A DNA stretch of 61,805 nt from a virus (taxonomy: Duplodnaviria > Caudoviricetes). The translations under genes were made by a program, and so were the position numbers. The stretch is taken from positions 1-61,805 of the IMG/VR virus record IMGVR_UViG_3300024999_000107. One strand, written 5' to 3'. The notes below the pieces were generated by a model. That model was not told the DNA's origin. It did not search any database and saw nothing but the letters and a program-made list of their open reading frames with translations. Each line of letters begins with the position of its first letter. Position 1 is the first letter of the stretch. This document shows positions 43,051 to 54,269 of this stretch, piece after piece.

Positions 43051-43815
43051 GTGAATTTAATAAATAATAATTTTAAAGATTTAACTGGTATAGTATTTGA
43101 AAGATTAACTGTACTTAGTAGAGATTATGGAAACACAAAGAAAGGCATATATTGGTTGTGTCAATGTGATTGCATATGTCAAACAGTTATATCTGTAATA
43201 TCTGGCTCATTGGTTAGTGGGAACACAAAAAGTTGCGGGTGCTTACAGAAAGAAAAAATAATTAATTTAAATAAGTTAATTAAAAAGAAGTTCAACACGT
43301 ATGATTTATCAGGAGAATATGGTATAGGATATACATTTAAAGGAAAAGAATTTTATTTTGATTTAGAAGACTATGATTTAATTAAAGATTATTGTTGGTC
43401 TTTGCGTAAAGGATATGTTAGTGCAAGAAATATTAATGTAGATGACAATGATAATACACATGTTAATATGCACAGATTAATAATGAATGCTAAAGATAAT
43501 GAATATGTCGATCATATATTTCATAACATAACAGATAATCGAAAAAGTAAATTAAGATTAGTTAGTGATAGTCAAAATCAAATGAATAGAATTATACCAA
43601 GCAATAATAAATCTGGAGTTAAAGGAGTTTGTTGGGATAAAGAATATGGAAAGTGGGTGGCGTATATAACTGTTAATAAGAAAGTGATGAAACTTGGTAG
43701 ATTCTATAAGTTCGAAGATGCAGTAAAATCACGCAAAAACGCAGAAAATAAATATTGTAAAGAATATAGTTATGATAATAGTATGATAATAAAATTAGAA
43801 TTACTAAAGAGTTAG
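43051..43815 (+). CDS. HNH/AP2 homing endonuclease
   Basis: TKSCGC, MHRLIM...VDHI...DNRKSKLR, NKSGVKGV; paralogue of 9554-10287. Confidence 0.88.
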   Translation: MNLINNNFKDLTGIVFERLTVLSRDYGNTKKGIYWLCQCDCICQTVISVISGSLVSGNTKSCGCLQKEKIINLNKLIKKKFNTYDLSGEYGIGYTFKGKEFYFDLEDYDLIKDYCWSLRKGYVSARNINVDDNDNTHVNMHRLIMNAKDNEYVDHIFHNITDNRKSKLRLVSDSQNQMNRIIPSNNKSGVKGVCWDKEYGKWVAYITVNKKVMKLGRFYKFEDAVKSRKNAENKYCKEYSYDNSMIIKLELLKS

Positions 43816-43884
43816 AAGCAAATAGGCATAGAAAAGGTATTAGAATTATCGAAGATGATGAGAGAGGAAATATAATTTATTCTC

Positions 43885-44391
43885 ATGCAATGGAACAAGG
43901 TGCATTCCACTAATACATATAATACTCAAATAATAATCAAAAGAAAAGAGGAATTTAATGTGATAATTGTAGAAAATATTGAAACGGTTATTGTTCAACA
44001 AAAAACAGTAGGTAAATTATGCAATAAGTGTGGACTACCATTCAGTCCACATGCAGAGGATATTAAAACTACAAATACTGATCTTGGAGAATATGGAAAT
44101 CCTAAATATGAAATATGCGATAAATGCCACTTAGAATTCATCAAATCATTTGCCATAGTGCCAACGAATTTTAAAAGTAGCCCTTATTTTACTTCGTCTT
44201 TTGATTTAGATCATGATTTACATCAAAATTTGTTCGAACAGTGGCAAATTAGTGGGATATGGAATTGTGATGAAGATCCTTGGAGAGATTATTATGAAAA
44301 TTATGAGGAATATTTATTGGATTATGAGAGTTATGAGGAATATGAAGATGTTTCTGATGCAATAGAGGTACGAAAGCCTTATTATGTTTAA
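43885..44391 (+). CDS. Hypothetical zinc-binding protein with acidic tail
   Basis: CNKC...CDKC. Confidence 0.6.
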   Translation: MQWNKVHSTNTYNTQIIIKRKEEFNVIIVENIETVIVQQKTVGKLCNKCGLPFSPHAEDIKTTNTDLGEYGNPKYEICDKCHLEFIKSFAIVPTNFKSSPYFTSSFDLDHDLHQNLFEQWQISGIWNCDEDPWRDYYENYEEYLLDYESYEEYEDVSDAIEVRKPYYV

Positions 44392-44417
44392 ATGATAATT
44401 GGAAAGGAGAGAAATAA

Positions 44418-45017
44418 ATGAAAATTACATTCAATAAAAACAACCCACATGAATTTATAAATAATATAAAATCAGTTACTAAAAATAAAAATGTATTGTT
44501 TGCTTGTGTTGGCACAGATAGAAGTACAGGCGATTCTCTAGGGCCAATTGTAGGAAGTTCCTTAGAATTATTAGGGTATAATGTTGTTGGTACTTTAGAT
44601 GACCCTTTACATGCTAGTAATATAGTTGAGCGTATGGAAATCTTGAAACAAATGAATTATGATTTGGTAATTGCTGTTGATGCTTGTTTAGGGAAAATAG
44701 ATAATATTAGCAACATTTATTTAAATTATTCATCATTAAAACCTGGAACAGGAGTTGGTAAAGAATTACCAGAAATCGGAGATTATTGTATTACCGGAGT
44801 TGTGAATATTTCAGGGTTCATGGAATACATGGTGTTGCAAAATACTAGATTATCTATAGTTATGAATATGGCAAAAATAATTGTTGAAATGATTAAAATA
44901 GCGATTCCATTAGAAGAAAATATTATTGAAGTTATACGTAATGGCAAAGAAAATAGTATGACTTTATTTGAGAAAGCAAAATCGATGTTTATTCCAAGAA
45001 AAATTAAATTGGCTTAA
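44418..45017 (+). CDS. yyaC: Spore protease YyaC (DUF1256)
   Basis: CVGTDRSTGDSLGPIVG...PLHA...IAVDACLG...LKPGTGVGKELP...LQNTRL. Confidence 0.93.
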   Translation: MKITFNKNNPHEFINNIKSVTKNKNVLFACVGTDRSTGDSLGPIVGSSLELLGYNVVGTLDDPLHASNIVERMEILKQMNYDLVIAVDACLGKIDNISNIYLNYSSLKPGTGVGKELPEIGDYCITGVVNISGFMEYMVLQNTRLSIVMNMAKIIVEMIKIAIPLEENIIEVIRNGKENSMTLFEKAKSMFIPRKIKLA

Positions 45018-45025
45018 ATATATAT

Positions 45026-47136
45026 TTGAAAGGAGAAGGGAGAGAAGATAAAATGTATAAAAATAAATGTGATAATTGTGTTAAAGGTAATATCTGTGTA
45101 ATAAATGTTAAAGTTGGAGAGGTGAAGCAAGAATTACACTCCCAAGCATATAAATTGCAATATTCTCTATTAAATGATATGTATTATATTGATAAAACAG
45201 ATGTGTACTTTTATGAAGAAACTAAATTTGGTATCAGAGAATGTAAGCATTATCTAGAGAAGAATCCACAATATCTTGATGAGAAAAATAAGAAGGAGTT
45301 AGAGCAAGCAGAAATAGAAAAGGAAATTGCTACAGCATTCTTTAATGCACTCAAACTATATCCTACTAATGATGGCCTGAATTTTAATATGAGTGTTGAA
45401 AGTAAAGAAGAGGGGGGATGAGGGTACAGAGAAACTAAATAAAATCTGTGAATTTTTGATACCAGTTCTAGGATATGCAAAATCAGAAATTAGGACTTAT
45501 GAATATGGTAAAAAGATTTCATATATTAATTTTACTTTAAAAAAGAATAATTTTGGAGTTTCTATTAATTATCGTTGTTATGGAATAGGATACGATGAAG
45601 GGATTTTAATTGTTAAACAATATTCAAATTCCATATCAAATGATTTTGATAATTATAAGAATTAAAAGGAGAGAATAAATGAAAAAACAAAATGAAGATA
45701 AATATCTTCCATATACAAAGAAAGATTTTAGAAAATATTGGTGTGATCCAGAATCTAGTTTCCCAGAGATGCAAACATTTGAAATTATCAGACCACTTAC
45801 TGAAAAAGAAAAAGCTGATTTTACTAAAGGTGAAGATTATGATTACACTGAAGAAATGTATTTAATTAGAAATAATAATAGGGAAGAACGTGAAGTTTTT
45901 GATATTGAAATTCTTAATGAATATGAAATAGATCCAGAAACATGGAGGTGCTGTATAATTAATTTATTAGAAGACATGGAAGGTGATGATGAAAATATTA
46001 TAGAATTTATAAAAGAATGTAAAATAGAGCAATATATCAAAAAACATTGTTAGAAAGAAGGGTTGTCAAATTAATGATATTAAGCAATGAGGAATTAATC
46101 AAGTTAAAAGTTTTAATATTGGCTGATTTAGATGAAGAAGATAATTACGACTGTATGAAATGTACACTAGAAAATCCATGTTGTGGTTTAATCAGTATAT
46201 GTAATAGATATGGATCATTTTACTTTTTTGATGGAGCAAAGGATATGGTTAGGGATTTATTTGATACTATTGAAAGTTTGAAAGATGAATTATTTGAGCA
46301 AAGAATTGTTGATAATTGTATAAATTGTGAAAAAACAGCAATAAAATTCTAGAAAGATGTATGTTAGAAAATGATGAAGAATTGGAGTGTCTCTTAGATA
46401 ATTATAATTATCATATTAGAAAGAAATAAACATAACTATATGAAAGGATATGAAAGGATATGAAAGGATATGATTTAATGTTTAAAATGCTCCCAATACA
46501 ATATAAATTTCAACCAAAATTTAAACCAACAAAAGATGTTTATGATAAATACATTATTGCAGAACCTTATAAATGGGACAATGGTTATGGCATTTCATTC
46601 ATAATTGAAGCAGAAATTCCATTAGAAGGCAAAATAATTGGTTCAAGAGTTAAAACAATAGAAAGATATGATTATTTGACAGAGATATTGATTATAATTT
46701 ATCATTAATGTTTTCTCCTTTATACAATGGTGAAATAAGAGGTGAATATGCAGAAAGAATTGTCTGGAATATATTTTATAAGATGTGTATTCATGAGGAA
46801 TGGGTGATTAATAATTTTCAAATTCCAAAAATATGATACTAATTATTATTAAAGTTTAAGAAAGAAGGAAACAAAATGTTAGAAAATATTATTAAAGATG
46901 AAATCGAAACTATAATCCAAGAAAAAGGATTAACTCAAATTATTAAGGATATTGTTAGAAAGAAAATGTCTAATGAAAATATTCAACAAATCATTGAAAT
47001 GGAAATAGATAAATTATTACCAGAAGCAGTTATGGAAAGTGTACAATATCAATTGAGCGATAGCGATATTGTTCATAATGCCACTCACAGAAAATTAAAA
47101 GAAATGATAGAAAATAGAATATTGAATTGGAAGTGA
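45026..47136 (+). CDS. Run of hypothetical proteins (45026-45421, 45393-45665, 45679-46053, 46047-46352, 46460-46708, 46876-47136)
   Basis: ORFs with RBSs. Confidence 0.6.
46438..46473 (+). repeat. Tandem triplication of a 10-bp RBS/start unit
   Basis: (TGAAAGGATA)x3 at 46441-46470. Confidence 0.9.
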
Positions 47137-47314
47137 TGAGTTATGGAATTAACTACTAAAGATAAGGCGTTAATTAGATGTAGATTAGACAGCAATATAA
47201 AATATGCTTGTCATAATTGTGAAATTCACAAGGAATGTGAATGGGGAGCCAATTATAATTTTCTTGCGGAAGAATTGCTAATTAAATTAAATATTAAATG
47301 GGAGGAGAGAACAA

Positions 47315-47644
47315 ATGATTAATATATTTCTTGATGATTTACGACCATGTCCTGGACATTTTATCTTAGCAAAAAACGCTCTAGAATGTCGCCTGTTACT
47401 ATTAAGCAATGATGTCAATATTCTATCACTTGACCACGACTTAAGTGAAACTGAAACTGGTTACGATCTTTGTAAGTGGCTCATTGAAGCTGGATATTAT
47501 AATCCTAATATCTATCCTAAAGAAATCTATCTTCACACTGGAAATGGAGTAGGCAGAGATAATATGTTTAAATTATTAGATAGATATAAACCAGATTGGG
47601 TTAAATTGCATCGTGGGCCTATGGTTAATGAAGATAATTTGTGA
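47315..47644 (+). CDS. Cyclic-phosphate-processing receiver-domain protein
   Basis: IFLDDLRPCP...LSLDHDL...TGYD...HTGNGVG. Confidence 0.8.
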   Translation: MINIFLDDLRPCPGHFILAKNALECRLLLLSNDVNILSLDHDLSETETGYDLCKWLIEAGYYNPNIYPKEIYLHTGNGVGRDNMFKLLDRYKPDWVKLHRGPMVNEDNL

Positions 47645-48757
47645 TTGTGGTAATGAAGTAAATTTAGTTAAACCAGATGATAATGAAGATAGTGATATTA
47701 TTGATGAAGGCTTATATGTAGTTACTGATGATTATAGCAAGTTTGATTTCTGGGAAAGGTATGATGTGATTGGTATTTATTGTATAAAGTGTGAAAAGTC
47801 AATTTGGATGTTTGTTTAAGCATTTCAATGTAATAATTGATGGTGAGTGAAAGGAGTATCTTCATGGAAATAAACTACGATGAAATAGATATTGAATGTA
47901 TCCCAATGGTAAAATTATTTAACAATATCGGTTTGACAACGAAGTTTAGTTGCCAAGGACACAATAATATATTACAAAATAGCTTTCAAATAATATTTGC
48001 TGATTCTGTAAATGATTCTAATATTATAGAATTTGTAAATAAATTTGATAATATCTATACCCACTCTCCATTTCATGGCAAGTTCTTAAAATGGATGAGA
48101 AAAATGAATGGTGAAATAGTTTCAAATTGGACATATGAAATTAGCTATGGGAATTTTAAAACAAACATTAAATTATCAAAAATTGATTATGATTTATTCA
48201 AAGAATTGGTTTAAGCTACAGAGTTGATTCTAATATAGAAAGGAAGTAAAAAATGCATAAAGAAAGTAAAACTGTCCAAATAGGAATTAATTATTATTGT
48301 GTATATTGTGGAAATAAAACAAAAGAAAATTCTGAGTATTGGGGAGATAATGAATTTACTTATCATCATTATTGTGATTCTTGTGAATTAGGAAAAGAAG
48401 AAACAATATTACATGATGAAATTGCTCAAGTTATTAAAAAACATGGTGGTTATGAAAAATTTAAGAGAATTCAAGGATTGTCAGTAGATTAAGATATGAA
48501 AATGAATTATCTTCATTAAATAATAGGTATAAGGATTATATTTAATACTATAAATGACGAGTTTAAAAGGAGATGAAATTATTATGTTTAAACTTAAAAA
48601 ACTAAAATTAATTATTGCAATTAAATTAACAAATTTATTATTAATGTTAATAAAATTATTTTTAATAGTATTGTTAGGATTAATATACTTGATAATATTT
48701 GGTGGAGTATTAGCTATATTCGCAATACCTATTGCATTATTGTTTAAATTGATCTAG
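47613..48757 (+). CDS. Hypothetical proteins (47628-47819; ~47864-48214 with TTKFSCQGH motif; 48253-48492; ~48584-48757 membrane)
   Basis: ORFs with RBSs. Confidence 0.6.
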
Positions 48758-48766
48758 TTTATTTGA

Positions 48767-48859
48767 TTAATGACTAAAATAGTAAATCAACATACTAATA
48801 ATTGGCGTTAAAATAATAATCATTCCAAGAATTATAATTATAATCTTTTCTATAGTCAT
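48767..48859 (-). CDS. 30-aa hydrophobic peptide on the minus strand (not in ORF track)
   Basis: RBS AGGAG 8 nt before ATG; MTIEKIIIIILGMIIILTPIISMLIYYFSH. Confidence 0.6.
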   Translation of the reverse strand: MTIEKIIIIILGMIIILTPIISMLIYYFSH

Positions 48860-48903
48860 GGTATTATTCTCCTATTTCTCTTATCTATCTTATTACTCAA
48901 ATC

Positions 48904-48942
48904 AAAAAGAACCTCTTAGCCAGTTTATCTTTCTAAGAGGTT
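48904..48942 (-). terminator. Minus-strand terminator hairpin in the leader of the peptide gene
   Basis: Minus strand: AACCTCTTAG-13-CTAAGAGGTT-CTTTTT. Confidence 0.65.
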
Positions 48943-49292
48943 AATATAGGACGAGAACAATTTTCGTAACGACATTATTATATGCCATATTAAGAATTAT
49001 TATGCAAGAAAGGAGGAAATTAAAATAATGAGATGTAGATGTGAAAAGTGCAGTAGTTTTTCTCATAGAAAAATTCATGTTTATCCAATATGTCAAGAAA
49101 CAAGACATGTAATTAATAGATACGATAATGAGTGTAATTTGCTTAAAAAATATTCAAGAGACTAGAGATGAATTAATTAGAAAATGTAGATTATTTGAGG
49201 AAGTATTTGAAATTGATTGTAGTAATAGTTTAGATGAAGTGATTGATGGTATGTCATAAAGAATACGATTTATAGGAAAGGAGATTAATTAT

Positions 49293-50138
49293 ATGGAATT
49301 TATAAAATTTATAGGTAAAGTAAAATATCATATTCCTTCTGATAGATGGTCTTTAGAAGGTGTTGAATTAAATGATTTTGATACTAACAATTTATTAGAT
49401 GGCGTTGACCAATGTTTATCTAATGTCAATAAGGAACGTCTTAATATTGATGATGAAATAACCATTATAATTCGAAGAAGGGAAGAAGAAAAGAATGAGT
49501 AAACCGTTAATTGAACTTATAGTCTGTGAGTCAGGAGATTGGGAAGTATTACAAGTAAATTTTGGAGAAGATTTTAAATGTGAAGGCCACTCAATATCTA
49601 ATTATGGATGGATTGGCTTGTTAGAAGTATTAGGTTTTGAAGTTGAAACAAAAAAAATATCGGATAAAGATATGGAAGACGAAAAATATTAAAATATAAA
49701 GAAGGATAAATAAAAATGTTAGAAAATAAATTCCCAATCTATAAATTTTATGCCACTTGGAATCAAGATGATTATCAGAATAATTTTACAGATTATTTTA
49801 TTATGTATAAAGAAAATCAATCAGCAGAACAGTTAGAAGAAGAATTAAAACAGTTTAAATTAAGGACATTAACAAAACATAATGGAGTTATATTTAAGAA
49901 TATTGAATATGAATTTGTCGAAGAAGAATCTTGGTGCTTGAGATGGTTTAATCACTATACCTTTAATGAATTTAAAACTGATTCTGATGTTGAGAGAAGT
50001 TTTGAAGAATTTGTTAGTCGTAAGAAATTATTGGGTGAAGGTAAATATTGTCTTATGGGTGCTGAGGATAGATATAGGTGGACTATTTGTCGATGTGAAC
50101 ATTGTAATATGGCAGGTAAGATTACTATTGATCATTAA
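49293..50138 (+). CDS. Hypothetical proteins (49293-49502, 49495-49692, 49716-50138)
   Basis: ORFs with RBSs. Confidence 0.6.
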
Positions 50139-50183
50139 GTGGAAGTATTGTACCATATTAAAATGAAAGGAGATTGATTAATA

Positions 50184-50711
50184 ATGAAATACAAACCAAC
50201 AATTATAGTAAGTGCATTTCCTGCCTGTGGTAAATCCTACATGTTTAATAATTATAATGACAAACCATATACAATGTTAGATTCAGATTCTAGTAATTTT
50301 AGTTGGGTTAAAGATGAAAATGGAATTAATACTAAGGAAAGAGATTCTAATTTCCCTAATAATTATATTAAACATATTAAAGATAATATTGGCAAAGTGG
50401 ATGTAATTTTTGTATCAAGTCATAATATCGTGCGAGAAGCGTTAAATGAAAACAATATTAGATTTTTTATGGTATATCCAGATAAGAATATGAAAGATGA
50501 ATGGATTAAACGTTTTAGGGAACGTGATAATAATGGGATATTTATTAATTTTATTTCTAAAAATTGGGATAATTTTATTGACGAAATCGAAAAAGAAGAT
50601 AAGTGTTTATTAGAGAGACTGAATGCTGATAATCCATATATTGATAATAAATATCTTGCAGGTTGTTTTGACCCCAATATGGGTAATTTGTCTTGCAATT
50701 GGTGGAATTAA
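50184..50711 (+). CDS. P-loop NTPase/nucleotide-kinase-like protein
   Basis: IVSAFPACGKS Walker A; LDSDSS. Confidence 0.75.
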   Translation: MKYKPTIIVSAFPACGKSYMFNNYNDKPYTMLDSDSSNFSWVKDENGINTKERDSNFPNNYIKHIKDNIGKVDVIFVSSHNIVREALNENNIRFFMVYPDKNMKDEWIKRFRERDNNGIFINFISKNWDNFIDEIEKEDKCLLERLNADNPYIDNKYLAGCFDPNMGNLSCNWWN

Positions 50712-50760
50712 ATAATAGGATAAGTTTGTGATTTTAAATGTTATATAAGAAAGGAGAAAA

Positions 50761-51192
50761 ATGAAAAATTTTGATGAAATAAAATATGAAGGATATTATG
50801 GTAGTTTTGGATATTATAAAACACATAAATTAACTAATAATCAAACAATTATAATATGCTTCAATAAATATGAATTTAGTAAATGTAAAGAATACTCAAT
50901 ATTTTTAGCAATTGCAAATAAGAAAAAACATATCCGACAATTTTTATCAGAAGAAAGAGATGTACTAATAGGCAAGGAAACTGGTAAGTGTGGCTTGGAA
51001 GGCTTAATATGGGCTAAGAATCAGATTATTGAATTTGAGAATTCTGATTTCTGTAAAAATGGAGATTATATTCGCATAGGGTGGAACGATAATAGGCGTA
51101 GAAATGTTTATGAATATGGATTAAGAAAATTAGGATTTATTATGGGATTTAGAGATGGTGGTAAATGTTTGAGTAAGAAGGTTATTAAGTAA
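50761..51192 (+). CDS. Hypothetical protein
   Basis: 143-aa ORF with RBS. Confidence 0.65.
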   Translation: MKNFDEIKYEGYYGSFGYYKTHKLTNNQTIIICFNKYEFSKCKEYSIFLAIANKKKHIRQFLSEERDVLIGKETGKCGLEGLIWAKNQIIEFENSDFCKNGDYIRIGWNDNRRRNVYEYGLRKLGFIMGFRDGGKCLSKKVIK

Positions 51193-51224
51193 GAAACTTA
51201 ATACAAAACTAAAAAATAATTTAT

Positions 51225-51253
51225 TTGACAAAGACATATAATTGTAGTATTAT
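51225..51253 (+). promoter_or_regulatory. SigA promoter for HNH-ligase
   Basis: TTGACA-17-TATTAT. Confidence 0.6.
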
Positions 51254-51267
51254 AAAGGAGAGATTAA

Positions 51268-52155
51268 ATGGAAGAAAAGAAAAATACGTGTTTAGCCAAT
51301 GGATGTAAGGATATTGAACACGTAAAGGGGTATTACAAGAAACATTATAAACAGGTTTTTAGACATGGACATGTATTGGAAAGAACAAGGTTTGATAAAA
51401 ATGAAATAATTATTAATAACGAACTAAATTATGCTGAAATATTATTATATGATATTCACAATATTGTTAAAAACAAAACGATATTGATTGATATTGAAGA
51501 TGTAGAAAAAGTTAAAGATATGAAGTGGAGTTTAGACTCCAAAGGATATCCTGTTACAACTATAAATAGAATAGAAAAAATTAGAATGCATAGAATGTTA
51601 TTAAATTCAGATGTGGAGGTGGATCATGAGAATAAAAATAGGAGAGATAATAGAAAATTTAATCTAAGAGTCGCTTCAAGTTCAGATAATGGTGCTAACA
51701 AATCAATGCAAAGAAACAATACTAGTGGGTTTACTGGAGTGTTTTGGTATAAGAATACTAACAAATGGCAGGTAAATATTCAATATTACAAAGAAGAATT
51801 CCAATTAGGTTATTATAAAAGTAAAAATATTGCTATCTCAGTAAGGTTAAAAGGAGAGCAGTTGATATTTAAGGAATTCGCTCCAAATATTGATAAGTTT
51901 CATATGATCGATGAAAATATTAATAAAGCGGAAACAATTAACGAATTAAAACATTTTGCTCAAATGTTAGACAACTGTATTTCTATTCCAAAAGTAAAAA
52001 GATTGACTCAATACAAAGTAGATAATCTTTATAATGATACTATGGGTGTGGGGATAGAGTACAATAGAAAAGAATTGGCAACTAAGTATAAATGTAGTTT
52101 GTCTACAATAGATGTACATATTAGAAAATTTAAACAGAATAAGGAGATGTCATAA
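51268..52155 (+). CDS. HNH/AP2 homing endonuclease
   Basis: MHRML...VDHENKNRRDNRKFNLR...NNTSGFTGV. Confidence 0.88.
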   Translation: MEEKKNTCLANGCKDIEHVKGYYKKHYKQVFRHGHVLERTRFDKNEIIINNELNYAEILLYDIHNIVKNKTILIDIEDVEKVKDMKWSLDSKGYPVTTINRIEKIRMHRMLLNSDVEVDHENKNRRDNRKFNLRVASSSDNGANKSMQRNNTSGFTGVFWYKNTNKWQVNIQYYKEEFQLGYYKSKNIAISVRLKGEQLIFKEFAPNIDKFHMIDENINKAETINELKHFAQMLDNCISIPKVKRLTQYKVDNLYNDTMGVGIEYNRKELATKYKCSLSTIDVHIRKFKQNKEMS

Positions 52156-54147
52156 ATGAAAAAGATTGAACAAATTCAAAACCTTATTAAAGAACTAAAT
52201 AAGCACTCCTACGATTATTATACCCTTAGTAACCCAACTATCTCAGATTCCCAATATGACTCAAAATACACCCTACTGGAAGCCTTACAAAAGGAATCTA
52301 ATTACATACCAGAAGATAGCCCCACACAACGAATTGGAGATATAGTTTTAGACAAATTTGAAAAACATGAACATAAAGCAAGGTTATATTCAATGGACAA
52401 AGCACAAAATATGGATGAACTTGATGATTGGCATAAAAAGAATGAACAGTTTGTAAAACAAAATAATCTGCCAAAACTTCAATATGTTGTAGAGAAAAAA
52501 TTCGACGGACTGACAATTAATAATACTTATAAAAGTGTATTATTGTCTTCTGCCACAAGGGGAACTGGTGGAATTAAAGGTGAATTAGTAACATCACAAG
52601 TAAAAACAATTAAATCTATTCCATTACGAATTGCTTGTGGTTATGTTATTGAAGTTCATGGCGAAGCCTATATGAAGAAAAGTGCTTTTAAAAAATATAA
52701 TGAAACAGCTAAAATTCCTTTGAAAAATGTAAGAAATGGTGCTGCCGGAGCAATCAAAAACTTAGATTCAAAAGAAACTGCTAATAAAAACTTAGACGCT
52801 TTCTTTTATGACATTGGATACAGTGAAGGAATTAAATTCACAACTTACATTCAAATGATGAAGTTTATCACAGAAATGGGATTGCCAGTAGATCAAGATT
52901 ATTATCTATGTAATACCATTGAAGAAGTTAAAGAAAAAATTGCTTTAATTGAAGAACTTAGACCTAATTTAGATTATGAAATTGATGGAGCAATAGTAAG
53001 CATCAATGATATCAAAACAAGAGAAGCAATGGGATTCGCCACAAAGTTTCCTAAGTGGGCAATTTCATTTAAATATGAGTCAGAAGAAACAACTACAGAA
53101 TTATTAGATATTGAATTCAGGACTGGTCGTACAGGGAAAGTAACTCCTAGAGGAACTTTAGAACCTGTAGATTTAATGGGTTCGACCGTTAGTTATGCTA
53201 CCTTAAATAGCATGGACGATATCAAGAAGAAAGGAGTAAAAATTGGTGCAACAATATTTATTCGGAAGTCCAATGACGTTATTCCTGAAATTTTAGGAGT
53301 AGTAGAGGATAGTATTACAGAGGATATGCTTGAAATTAAAATGCCCACTCATTGTCAATCATGTGGAAGTGAATTAGTACAGGATGGAGTTCATTACTTT
53401 TGTATGAATTCATTAGAATGCAAGGCACAAATTGTAAAATCAATATCTCATTTTGGAACAATCCAAGCAATGGATATTGATGGATTCAGTGAACAAACTG
53501 CGTTGCTCTTTGTTGAAAATGGAATTATCAATAATATTTTGGATTTGTTTAGTTTGGAAAACAAAAAAGATAAAATCATTAAACTTCCTAAATTCGGGAT
53601 TAAAAAATACAATAACCTAATCCAAGCAATTAAAAATTGTAAAAAGGTAAAATTAGAGTCGTTTATTTTTGCTCTAGGAATTGATGGAATTGGATTAGGA
53701 GGTAGTAAAAACTTATGTAAACATTTCAATAATGATATTACTGAAATTATGAGTGCAAAGGTAAAAGATTTATTATTGGTAAAAGATTTTGGGCCAATTG
53801 CTTCAGAAAATGTTTATAGTTATTTTATGGATAATGACAATTGGATTCAAGTATCTGAACTATTAAAACATATTGAGATTATCAAAGAAGAAAAGAAGGA
53901 AGTGATTAATGTGGATGGAGTTTTTGCAGGTAAAAAACTGTACTGCACTGGTAGTTTCGAATCACATAAGAAGGATGAATTAAAAGCAATCATAGAGGGG
54001 TTAGGTGGGGAATTTGGATCAGGTTACGCTAAGTCCTTGGACTATTTGGTGGTAGGTAAATTAAAAGGTTCATCTAAAGAAGCAAAAGCGTTAAAAGATG
54101 GAGTTCCAATTTTAACTGAAGATGAATTTTTAGAAAAAATAAAATAA
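52156..54147 (+). CDS. ligA: NAD+-dependent DNA ligase
   Basis: EKKFDG, ATRG, RNGAAG, EIDG, GRTG, zinc finger, HhH repeats, BRCT. Confidence 0.96.
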   Translation: MKKIEQIQNLIKELNKHSYDYYTLSNPTISDSQYDSKYTLLEALQKESNYIPEDSPTQRIGDIVLDKFEKHEHKARLYSMDKAQNMDELDDWHKKNEQFVKQNNLPKLQYVVEKKFDGLTINNTYKSVLLSSATRGTGGIKGELVTSQVKTIKSIPLRIACGYVIEVHGEAYMKKSAFKKYNETAKIPLKNVRNGAAGAIKNLDSKETANKNLDAFFYDIGYSEGIKFTTYIQMMKFITEMGLPVDQDYYLCNTIEEVKEKIALIEELRPNLDYEIDGAIVSINDIKTREAMGFATKFPKWAISFKYESEETTTELLDIEFRTGRTGKVTPRGTLEPVDLMGSTVSYATLNSMDDIKKKGVKIGATIFIRKSNDVIPEILGVVEDSITEDMLEIKMPTHCQSCGSELVQDGVHYFCMNSLECKAQIVKSISHFGTIQAMDIDGFSEQTALLFVENGIINNILDLFSLENKKDKIIKLPKFGIKKYNNLIQAIKNCKKVKLESFIFALGIDGIGLGGSKNLCKHFNNDITEIMSAKVKDLLLVKDFGPIASENVYSYFMDNDNWIQVSELLKHIEIIKEEKKEVINVDGVFAGKKLYCTGSFESHKKDELKAIIEGLGGEFGSGYAKSLDYLVVGKLKGSSKEAKALKDGVPILTEDEFLEKIK

Positions 54148-54269
54148 TAGAATTAAATATGGAAGTGTAAAATTACACCTCTCTTATACTCACTTATGCT
54201 TCCATATGCTCCATATCCCAAATATGTAAATACTTTAAAATATCGAATTGAAAGGAACTGATAAAAGTT

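Noticed and set aside
48951-48967. Second LexA box
   Set aside because: GAAC-AATT-TTCG does not match GAAC-N4-GTTC; better explained as a small hairpin.
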